Shown here in pieces: positions 52,689 to 60,834 of a stretch of 63,831 nucleotides of DNA (its first letter is position 1; every line of letters starts with the position of its first letter). The notes beneath the pieces are model-generated. The model worked only from the letters and a program-made list of their open reading frames with translations. It did not search any database and was not told the origin of the DNA. Made by a program: the position numbers and the translations under genes. The stretch comes from a virus (lineage: Duplodnaviria > Caudoviricetes). The DNA is taken from IMG/VR virus record IMGVR_UViG_3300035670_007084, positions 1 through 63,831 of that record; one strand, written 5' to 3'.

Positions 52689-52705
52689 CGCAAAAGCAAT
52701 GCCAA
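52689..52705 (-). promoter_or_regulatory. sigma54-type -24/-12 element
   Basis: TTGGCATTGCTTTTGCG (GG-N10-GC). Confidence 0.65.
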
Positions 52706-52738
52706 ACCTTGCAATATGTAAAAAAATCATATTGAAAA

Positions 52739-52755
52739 GTGGCATTGTTATTGCT
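52739..52755 (+). promoter_or_regulatory. sigma54-type -24/-12 element
   Basis: GTGGCATTGTTATTGCT (GG-N10-GC). Confidence 0.6.
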
Positions 52756-53369
52756 TAGTCTTTTGCCTTTTCAATTAACTTGAATGCCTCTAAACTCGCA
52801 TTTATATCGTCAATCTCTGTCATCTCTATTGAGTGAGCAATCGCTTTTGAAAGCGCCTCTCTGTAGACTTTATAGCACCCTCTAACCACTTGATATGACA
52901 GCGAGTCATTCTCTCGCTTGGTTATACCCTCGCAGAGTGCGAGATACACTTCACTCACAAAATCGTCAAGTGTTAATGCGTTAGCGAGTGTATACCCTCG
53001 TTTATTCGTGAAGGTTTCCTCTCTCTGCGCCTCTATATACTTTCGTATTGACGGCTTTTCATTCTCTCTTGCGAGTGTTACTCTTGCACTCTTGCCCCCA
53101 CGATTACAAAGCTTGAAATACATACCTGTTGCAATACTCTTGAAGGTTGCGAGATGTTCATTTGTCAATCGAATTTTAACCTCTTGCACCTCTTGCACCT
53201 CTTGCAATGTTCTTTTGCTTTTCGATACGGCATCATTGACAAGCTGAAAAAAAAGCTCTCTGCCTTTCGTTAATCTTTTCATTCTCGCAAGGTGCAATAG
53301 TTCTTTTAAATTGCATTGACTCATTAACTCGCTAAACTCTCTTGCCTCTCGCTCTCTTGTGTTATTCAT
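52755..53369 (-). CDS. Hypothetical protein with a sigma region 2-like segment
   Basis: GGGAG RBS; TLDDFVSEVYLALCE. Confidence 0.6.
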   Translation of the reverse strand: MNNTREREAREFSELMSQCNLKELLHLARMKRLTKGRELFFQLVNDAVSKSKRTLQEVQEVQEVKIRLTNEHLATFKSIATGMYFKLCNRGGKSARVTLARENEKPSIRKYIEAQREETFTNKRGYTLANALTLDDFVSEVYLALCEGITKRENDSLSYQVVRGCYKVYREALSKAIAHSIEMTEIDDINASLEAFKLIEKAKD

Positions 53370-53418
53370 TGCCTGCTCCCTTCATTTTAAAAAACCGTTA
53401 TTGTAAAAGAACAACGGC

Positions 53419-53447
53419 ATTTTATAAAAAAACCTTTAGCGAGTCAA
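53419..53447 (-). promoter_or_regulatory. sigma70-type promoter
   Basis: Minus strand TTGACT-17 nt-TAAAAT upstream of the ATG at 53369. Confidence 0.65.
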
Positions 53448-53448
53448 T

Positions 53449-53483
53449 AAAAAAAGCGAGAGAGTAAAAAACACTCTCTCGCT
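53449..53483 (-). terminator. Intrinsic terminator
   Basis: 11-bp stem agcgagagagt/actctctcgct followed by a U-run on the minus strand. Confidence 0.85.
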
Positions 53484-53498
53484 CTCTCTATTGTGAGC

Positions 53499-53786
53499 TT
53501 AAAAAACAAAATCATTCAAAGTTATTTCATCAAGAACAAGCTGTTCTTTTACACTCTTAACTCGCAACGCAACCTCAAATGTTTTACCATTGATTTCAAC
53601 ATAGCTTTTACTGCCACCACTCAACCATTGAATGCCACAAGCATCTATGAATGACTGACTCGGTTGCATCTCTGCAATTAACTTGCCGTTAACCACTTTC
53701 GCATTGATAGTGTTGATGTCATTCAATGCTTTGATTGCCTGATTGCGCTCTTGTTTTTCTCTCTCTGTCATTTCAGTTCTTTTCAT
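53499..53786 (-). CDS. Hypothetical protein, first gene of the leftward arm
   Basis: Probable start MKRTEM at 53786 with GAAAGG RBS; followed by a terminator. Confidence 0.7.
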   Translation of the reverse strand: MKRTEMTEREKQERNQAIKALNDINTINAKVVNGKLIAEMQPSQSFIDACGIQWLSGGSKSYVEINGKTFEVALRVKSVKEQLVLDEITLNDFVF

Positions 53787-54027
53787 TGTCTTTTGCCTTT
53801 CGTAAAGGTTGTTATTGTGAAGTGCTTTTGCACCTCTCACAATAGAACTGAACGCAGCTATCACCCACAAGCTCGAAAGGTGCTATAAAGTGTTGAGAAT
53901 AAAAGAGTTATAACAATATGCAGAAAATTTAAAATAATCAAAAAAGAGCTTAACTCATTGTAAATAAAAGAGTTATGAAAAGAGCAACATCTAAACTCAA
54001 TGGAAATTATTATAGCTTTTAATAAAA

Positions 54028-54044
54028 TGCAAATGGTATGCCAA
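54028..54044 (-). promoter_or_regulatory. sigma54-type -24/-12 element
   Basis: TTGGCATACCATTTGCA (GG-N10-GC). Confidence 0.7.
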
Positions 54045-54051
54045 AAAAAGG

Positions 54052-54068
54052 TTGGCATAGAAATTGCA
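54052..54068 (+). promoter_or_regulatory. sigma54-type -24/-12 element
   Basis: TTGGCATAGAAATTGCA (GG-N10-GC). Confidence 0.7.
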
Positions 54069-54515
54069 GTATCTTTACAATATGATATTTTACTCTATGG
54101 TATGATAGTCTACCTTAGACTATAATATCATATCACTAGTAATACCATACACTTACAATATAATATCATATGGTATGGTATTATTACGCATACTTGTATA
54201 TTATATAGATCACACTACCACACTAAAGACCTAACAACATACATATCAATCACTTACAACAACACAAACAATACTAGTAAGCTACTAGTAGTTGAATCTC
54301 ACTAGTAAACTTTCCGCTACTAATCAACTTAATTGATACATTAGAACTGTTGGCTAGTAAGCTAGGTTCACTCAGGAGCTATTATAATATAATAAGTGGG
54401 GCTTGGGTAGTTTTTAGCACGATAGTTAATCCTAGGGCATTATATGCTTAATAAATGGGTGGGTGGAATTTATCGGATAACTATTAATCTTTTTAAATAT
54501 AATTAAAAATAATGC

Positions 54516-54543
54516 TTGACAATTGTTAAAAAATAAGTATAAT
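54516..54543 (+). promoter_or_regulatory. Consensus sigma70 promoter of the rightward operon
   Basis: TTGACA-16 nt-TATAAT. Confidence 0.8.
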
Positions 54544-54585
54544 ACATACTAATGATATTTAATAAATATTTTATGGAGTTAATGT

Positions 54586-55422
54586 GTGGGCGAAAAATTA
54601 ATAAGTGTATTATGTATTGTTAAGAATGGTGATACTTTTTTAGAGCAGGCTTTGGGTAGTGTTCGTCCTTATGTAGATCAGGTGGTTGTTGTGGATAATA
54701 ATTCAACGGATACTACTGCAAGTATTGCTCGTAAGTTTGCTGATGTTTTTATTTGTAAGGACTATACCTCTCTGTTTTATGAGAATAAGAAAGAAAAGAC
54801 TACTGAAGATAAAGTGCGTGTTAATCAGAAGAATGATGGTCTTAAGCAAGCAGTGGGTAAGTGGGTTTTAGTTTTAGATGATGATGAGGTTTATTCGGAA
54901 GAGGATATGCTTAGATTTAAATATCATGCTAAACATTATGATGGGGTTCAGCAGCGGATTTCTTTTATGCATTTTTGGAAAACCCCTTATCAACATATTA
55001 CCGGGTTTGTGTGGAAAAATTGTCCAGAAAGATTCTATCATAGAATTGATGGTATGTTCTATGATAAGAAAGAAGATGCTGTTCAGCGTAGTTGTGGTAA
55101 GTTTGATTGGGAGTTTGGTATTGATCAATTTCCTAAAGTTAAATGCTTACATTACTCTTATTTAAAACCATCTGAATTTATATTTAATAAAATTAAATCG
55201 TATATGATTAAAGGTAGCCCCTATACAACAGAAGAACAAATTGTTAGAGCAATTTTACGACACCCTTACTTTTCTAATAACTTTAATCATAATATGGAGG
55301 GTAAGGATGGGGTGTTTTTTGCCGGAAGTAAAAAGGGTTATAGAGATAAATTAGTTAATTGTGATTTAAGTGTTCATCCAGATTTTATGATTAAAAGATT
55401 TAAAGAACTTAAACTATTATGA
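54586..55422 (+). CDS. Glycosyltransferase family 2
   Basis: CIVKNG, VVDNNSTDTT, LVLDDDE. Confidence 0.87.
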   Translation: MGEKLISVLCIVKNGDTFLEQALGSVRPYVDQVVVVDNNSTDTTASIARKFADVFICKDYTSLFYENKKEKTTEDKVRVNQKNDGLKQAVGKWVLVLDDDEVYSEEDMLRFKYHAKHYDGVQQRISFMHFWKTPYQHITGFVWKNCPERFYHRIDGMFYDKKEDAVQRSCGKFDWEFGIDQFPKVKCLHYSYLKPSEFIFNKIKSYMIKGSPYTTEEQIVRAILRHPYFSNNFNHNMEGKDGVFFAGSKKGYRDKLVNCDLSVHPDFMIKRFKELKLL

Positions 55423-55988
55423 AAACTATAGTTATAGATATTGATGATGTTCAGGATAAGTATATAGAGCAAATTGATAAGTTAGTTAAGTTAAATAAGT
55501 TAATTCATAATATTAAGTTTACTTTGTTTTATGTTCCTAATCTATTATCTCAAGAATCTAGAACTTATATAAACTTGTATAAAAACTTTTTAGAATTGGT
55601 TCCTCATGGGCTTAATCATACTCTTTATGAGTGTAAAGATTTAAATTATGACGATAGTTTTTATTTATTGGGGTTAGTTAAAAATAAAACTAATGGGTTT
55701 AAAGCACCTAACTGGTTGGTATCACAAGAGTTATTAGAATGTATTAAAGATTTAGATATGTGGATTGCTGTTCATCCTAAGCAAGAACAATTAGCTAAAG
55801 AAATTGGTTGTAAGTATTATTGTTATAATAGTTTAATTACGGCTCCTTTTGATAAAGAACTTACTAAAGCCACTGGGCATATTCATATTGATTGCTATCA
55901 CGATGATATTGATTCTGCATGGTATAATTTAATTAAGCTAGTTGATATGAAAAATGTTGAGTATAAGTTTGTTAGTGATTTTTTTTAA
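55419..55988 (+). CDS. Polysaccharide deacetylase (NodB-like)
   Basis: IDIDD, PHGLNH, GFKAPNW. Confidence 0.78.
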   Translation: MKTIVIDIDDVQDKYIEQIDKLVKLNKLIHNIKFTLFYVPNLLSQESRTYINLYKNFLELVPHGLNHTLYECKDLNYDDSFYLLGLVKNKTNGFKAPNWLVSQELLECIKDLDMWIAVHPKQEQLAKEIGCKYYCYNSLITAPFDKELTKATGHIHIDCYHDDIDSAWYNLIKLVDMKNVEYKFVSDFF

Positions 55989-56044
55989 GCGTATTAAGTA
56001 TATATAGTTATAAACAAGTATAAACAAAATGTACGGGAGAAATT

Positions 56045-56422
56045 ATGGGATGTGGATGTAAAGGTAATAAGAAAAATAGTAGGTTTGGTTATAATGTTTT
56101 AAAGGTTGCTTTAGTTTTATGTATTGTATGTTCTGTTGTCTTATGGTATAGGGCTACTAAAGAAATCAATCAAATCAATATTACTAATATTAAAAGAATA
56201 GTTGACCTTAATAATAATATAATTGAGGTAAACAATAGGTTAACTAAGTTATATGCTTACTTAGATGTTACTTATATTCCGGAACATAGTATTACTATTG
56301 ATCCAACTATTGTAGCTAAAAATAGTAGGTGGTTAATTAAAAGTGAGGGCGGTGATTTTTTTACTGAAGAAACAGTTAATGAAACAATAGACGCAATCAA
56401 CGCAATCGAGTGGGAGAAATAA
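56045..56422 (+). CDS. Single-pass membrane protein with coiled coil
   Basis: TM segment VLKVALVLCIVCSVVLW. Confidence 0.6.
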   Translation: MGCGCKGNKKNSRFGYNVLKVALVLCIVCSVVLWYRATKEINQINITNIKRIVDLNNNIIEVNNRLTKLYAYLDVTYIPEHSITIDPTIVAKNSRWLIKSEGGDFFTEETVNETIDAINAIEWEK

Positions 56423-56424
56423 CA

Positions 56425-56652
56425 ATGATAAAGGGTGTTACTAAAAAAATATTTGCTGCTTTTGGAAAAGCTATATCAAATGTAACTAAACAAAAAGATG
56501 TGGTAGCTGTTTATTGCTTTGCTTGTGAATTAACCGATGATGAGAATGAAATTGTTGTTTCTATGCGTTCTTGTGTCAATCCTAGCTTTAAGTACCATTG
56601 CCACAATGCTTTACAAGAATATTTAAAGATAAGAGCTCCTGAGGATTTTTAG
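56425..56652 (+). CDS. Hypothetical protein
   Basis: GGGAG RBS before the ATG at 56425. Confidence 0.6.
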   Translation: MIKGVTKKIFAAFGKAISNVTKQKDVVAVYCFACELTDDENEIVVSMRSCVNPSFKYHCHNALQEYLKIRAPEDF

Positions 56653-56798
56653 TAAAAATATTTTATTCTATAACTTATTTATTATCAATATGTTATAGAA
56701 ATCTTTAAAATTATTTTAAATTATTTTTAATATTCTCTTTGACAAACTTAATATTTATGATGTATCCACGTAAGTGGATAATAAGAAGGAAAATAAAA

Positions 56799-57320
56799 AT
56801 GAATATTTACTTTGGTGAAAATGTAGCTATTTCAGATAATATAATAAAAACAAATAAAATTAAAATAAAACAAACTCTTGTCGAAAAACCATATTATTTA
56901 TTATTTAAATATAGAAAAAAACTACTTGCAAGAAAAACAAAATATGAAACTTTACTTGAAGAAGAGTTAATATATAATAAAATATTATATTTACCACAAA
57001 CTATAATACACCCATATATTGTAGATTTCTTATTACCAGATAAAAAAACAATAATTGAATTAGATGGGGAATATCATTCTAGTCAAGAAGCCGTTGCATA
57101 TGATAACAGAAGAACAAATTATCTAGAACAATATGGATTTTCATTATTAAGATATAAAAACGACTTGACAATTTCTAATATGAATGATATAATAACAGAC
57201 ATTATTAATATAAAAAGTGATTATAATAATTTTAATTATACTACTCGTATTCTTAATTTAATAGAGTGTGGAAAAAAAACAAAAGCATTAGAGCTTGCTA
57301 ATAGATTTATTACATTATAA
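56799..57320 (+). CDS. DUF559/Vsr-like PD-(D/E)XK endonuclease
   Basis: TKYE, Q, YIVDF, IIELDGEYH, YDNRRTNYLEQYGFSLLRYKN; AAGGA RBS before the ATG at 56799. Confidence 0.87.
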   Translation: MNIYFGENVAISDNIIKTNKIKIKQTLVEKPYYLLFKYRKKLLARKTKYETLLEEELIYNKILYLPQTIIHPYIVDFLLPDKKTIIELDGEYHSSQEAVAYDNRRTNYLEQYGFSLLRYKNDLTISNMNDIITDIINIKSDYNNFNYTTRILNLIECGKKTKALELANRFITL

Positions 57321-57354
57321 TTTGTTCTTTATCAATTATATATAAAGGTCGTTA

Positions 57355-57775
57355 AGCAATGATGGAATTAGTTCTATGTTTGGGGCTAGTTCCATATCTT
57401 GACATGATATGGTAAAGTTGACCGCTTTACTGTCAGGAATGATGTTATACTGTAACTCCCTAACCCGGAGAAGGTCCTACTACAAACATAGAGGTTATCA
57501 TCAACCTCGTCTGCGATACGGACGCAAATGGGTATCAAAGAGGTTCTTACTAATGATAATGTTCTTATCTTAGTAACGGCTGATTAATGATGACTAGTAT
57601 TATAAATGATTAAAATCCCATATAAGTATATGGATGATGGGTTCGGTGTCTTTAAAGTGTTCGCTACACGAACACAAATCGTTTTTAGATTGTTAAGTTA
57701 GTAATTGTTTTGATGTCAGTAAAATAAAACAATTAGTAAGTTAACAATCGCTGATAAGTAAAACTTATCAGCATT
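57355..57775 (+). ncRNA. Candidate large structured non-coding RNA
   Basis: About ten adjacent hairpins, many G-U pairs that only work on the + strand, a 10-bp long-range pairing, and no ORF of 60 aa or more. Confidence 0.6.
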
Positions 57776-58078
57776 CAGTTCTTTAGTATTTTTTAAAAAT
57801 CTCTATTTTTAAAGCTGCCTAGAAGTGTGTATGTATAGGAATTGATGTAAGAAATAAAAGAAAAGGATAAAAACCCTTGCCAGCAAGAAGCAAAAGAGAT
57901 AATTCATTCAAGAGAAAATATTGGCATCACAGAAAAAGAAAACCTATCTATGTATCATTTGATTCTAAAGAAATCATTGATAAATGGGAAGAGTTGACTA
58001 AACTACTAAAAGAACGAACAATTGATTATAAGATGATGGTGTTGTGGTTTGATAACTTTCTTTATAAGGAATTGAGGA

Positions 58079-58921
58079 ATGATGAACGAGTACGATCTAC
58101 AAGTGCAGAAGCTGGTATCGCAATACAAAAAAGTTCCGAATATGGCGAGCAAGACAGATGCGGAACTAATGGTAATTGCGGAAAAAGCAATATCTAAGAG
58201 AAAAGCTAAAGAGTCTGCTCCTGACTTTGATTTTAAAGCAGTATTCAAAGACAAAGAGTATATTGATTTAGCTAACTCATTATTAAATAAATACTTAAGT
58301 GATTTTAATATAGAAACACAAGCTGACAGAAGTACGCTGATGCAGTTAATTCAGCTAGAAGTAATTCATAAAATGCTTTTTGAGAAGCTTGTAAGAACTG
58401 TAGATGGCACCTCTAAGGTGCAAAGTCAGAACCTTAAGTTGGTTCACGATAATATGGAGCAGCAACGCAAGCTCAAAACCGATTTAGGTGTTAGTGGATC
58501 ACAAGAAGGTTCTGTCTATAATTATATTCAACAGTTGATTAAGCGGGGAACTGTTTGGGCTGAAACCCTGAACAAAGCTGATAGGACATTTTTCTGTCAA
58601 CACTGTTCTCAGCCTAATCTTCTGTTGTTTAAAATAGATCAATACTTTCCAATTAAACACCCTTTCTTTCAGGGAAGATATATTACCAACCATAAACTTA
58701 TCGAATTATATCTTGAGAAAAAATTAACAGAAAAAGATATTGCTGAAATATTTGATGTAGCTAAAATTGATTATATGAAGTGGATTATATCTAAGTTCTA
58801 TACTAAAGAGCATTTAGATAAAATAAAAGAAACTCAAAGTAAGCATTATAATAGAAAGTTTTCTGATGGTAAAGAAGAGAATCCCGAAGAAGAAACTACT
58901 GAACCTAGTACGGAAGTATAA
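58079..58921 (+). CDS. Putative terminase small subunit
   Basis: Helical, KLKTDLGV motif, CQHC; lies upstream of TerL. Confidence 0.55.
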   Translation: MMNEYDLQVQKLVSQYKKVPNMASKTDAELMVIAEKAISKRKAKESAPDFDFKAVFKDKEYIDLANSLLNKYLSDFNIETQADRSTLMQLIQLEVIHKMLFEKLVRTVDGTSKVQSQNLKLVHDNMEQQRKLKTDLGVSGSQEGSVYNYIQQLIKRGTVWAETLNKADRTFFCQHCSQPNLLLFKIDQYFPIKHPFFQGRYITNHKLIELYLEKKLTEKDIAEIFDVAKIDYMKWIISKFYTKEHLDKIKETQSKHYNRKFSDGKEENPEEETTEPSTEV

Positions 58922-59225
58922 GAAAAAACTAAAGCTCGATAATTACGAGATTGATATAATTTTTTCGGATTCCCCTAGGCATATAGTAACTAATAAAATT
59001 GTAGCTGATAACTCAGCTAGGGCAGATGTTGTTAGGTCTGATAGTGATGAAAATGAGTTTACGATAGTTTTCTATGATTTTTCAAATATTGAATCAGATG
59101 TAATTCACGAACTGCTACATATTAGATTTTGGGATGTGTGTAAAAAATATAAATATAAGAAACTAAACAACTTAGAGCACGATTTCATAGAGGCGTTAAT
59201 TCCTATTTGGTGTAATGTATGCTAA
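58866..59225 (+). CDS. HExxH zincin-like metallopeptidase
   Basis: VIHELLH with a downstream Glu. Confidence 0.65.
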   Translation: MVKKRIPKKKLLNLVRKYKKKLKLDNYEIDIIFSDSPRHIVTNKIVADNSARADVVRSDSDENEFTIVFYDFSNIESDVIHELLHIRFWDVCKKYKYKKLNNLEHDFIEALIPIWCNVC

Positions 59226-60823
59226 AAAAATTGAGTGAAGAAGAACAAATATTGTTTGAATGTCTTTGTATGTCTAGAAGTTTTGTTGAGATTATGTTTA
59301 GTAATCTTGATAATCTACTTGAGTTTGAAGATGAAAAATTTGCGTTCATTAGACCATATCAGGAAACGATGTTATCATATGAATACTCAGTTGCTACCGA
59401 TCCAGAACTTTCAGATAAAGAAAACTTTTTAAGAAAGAAAGGTGCTGGTGATAGTTATGCTATTGCTAGTCGAAGAATTGGTAAATCATTAGTATTTCTA
59501 ATATGTGATATGTTGCAATCAATTATGTTACTTGCTGGATGTGAAACAGCGTTTGGTTCATACGATGCAAACCATGTTAGAAAAATATTTTCAAGTATTA
59601 TTCCGGTTGTTGAATATCATCCTTGTTATAAAGGTATAAAGAAAGTTTATAATCAAACCCCACAATACTTATATATAGGTAAGAATGGAATGAAAATTAG
59701 TGGGGTTAATGAGAATGCTATAAACCAAAGAAAAGCTGGTGAAAACTGGATTGGGCTTCATCCTATGAAAACATGGTATGAAGAAATCAGCAGATGGTGT
59801 TCTGTTGCACAAGAGAAGCAAACAGAAGCTGTATCAGAGCTTGGTGTTATTTTTAGAGGAAGTGGTATGGCTGATTGCACAAAGAATTCCCCGGCTGGTG
59901 AAATAGTTTCCGATAGAAGAAATAAAAACATTATTATTAATTATAGTCAGTTTGTTAATCCAACCTGGGATGAGTATACACGCAAAGAATCTTTAAAGAA
60001 ATATAAAAGCGAGGCATCGTTTGGTTGGAAAGTATATGTTCTTGGTGAGTTAGTTGAAGATGGTTACTCGGCTTTAGATATGAAGCTTGTTAGTGAATGT
60101 TACAACGACACCACAGAAATAAAAAACATAGAAATAAACAAAACAACTTTTTCATATTATCAGGATTTGTTGATTGTTGATAAGCCAAAAGATGCAGAAT
60201 GTACTTATATAGCTACCGATATATCAGATATTGGAACGACAGAAACCGTTATAATATTTGATACATTGTCTGGTTTAAAGTATAGGTATAACATAACTAT
60301 GCTAGGGCTCACGGATGAGCAAATTTATTTAGTGTTAAAATTTCTTGGAGAGAAGCTTGGTGCCAATGTATTAGCATTGGATTGTGGTGAGGCAGCTGGG
60401 CGTGGAGTATCAAGGCGGTTATTAAAAGATTTCTCCGCTGAAAATATTTTTGAATATGCTGGTAATAAAAAAATAGTTGTTGAATTTGAAAGAACAAAAG
60501 ATAACTATTTAAAATATGATACCGCTGGCAAAGCAATTGTTAAAGAAGAGTTTATGTCAGAATGGGCAGTTCAAATAATAAAAGAAATTTTTTATAATAA
60601 AAGAATAGACATACCAATTGATCATAAATTAGATGAGCAACTAAGCAAGCTTGTTTCTACTAAGTCGGGTAACAGAGTATTGTATGCTATAAGTGGTGAA
60701 GATCATTTATTTGATGCCTTTAAAGTTTTTTGTTGTGCGTGGTGGCAGAATCACTTATCAATAATATCACCGATTAAAAAGAAAAAGTTTTGCAAAACCG
60801 GAGTTACTACTGTAAATAGATAG
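59219..60823 (+). CDS. Terminase large subunit
   Basis: RPYQ, Walker A SRRIGKS, Walker B WYEE; nuclease IATD, LALD, DHLFDAF. Confidence 0.88.
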   Translation: MLKKLSEEEQILFECLCMSRSFVEIMFSNLDNLLEFEDEKFAFIRPYQETMLSYEYSVATDPELSDKENFLRKKGAGDSYAIASRRIGKSLVFLICDMLQSIMLLAGCETAFGSYDANHVRKIFSSIIPVVEYHPCYKGIKKVYNQTPQYLYIGKNGMKISGVNENAINQRKAGENWIGLHPMKTWYEEISRWCSVAQEKQTEAVSELGVIFRGSGMADCTKNSPAGEIVSDRRNKNIIINYSQFVNPTWDEYTRKESLKKYKSEASFGWKVYVLGELVEDGYSALDMKLVSECYNDTTEIKNIEINKTTFSYYQDLLIVDKPKDAECTYIATDISDIGTTETVIIFDTLSGLKYRYNITMLGLTDEQIYLVLKFLGEKLGANVLALDCGEAAGRGVSRRLLKDFSAENIFEYAGNKKIVVEFERTKDNYLKYDTAGKAIVKEEFMSEWAVQIIKEIFYNKRIDIPIDHKLDEQLSKLVSTKSGNRVLYAISGEDHLFDAFKVFCCAWWQNHLSIISPIKKKKFCKTGVTTVNR

Positions 60824-60834
60824 ATGGAGAATAT

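Noticed and set aside
53179-53206. Tandem 9-mer (cctcttgca)x3
   Set aside because: An in-frame microduplication encoding LQEVQEVQEV with no sign of a separate function.
54186-54210. dif-like site (cgcatacttgtatattatatagat) for the Xer-like recombinase
   Set aside because: It needs an insertion to align, the XerD arm matches poorly, and AT-rich DNA makes a chance match likely.
57877-58197. ORF 57877..58197 as a full 106-aa gene
   Set aside because: TTG start and about 120 nt of overlap with the putative TerS gene; the basic N-terminal part may be real, but I cannot support a call.
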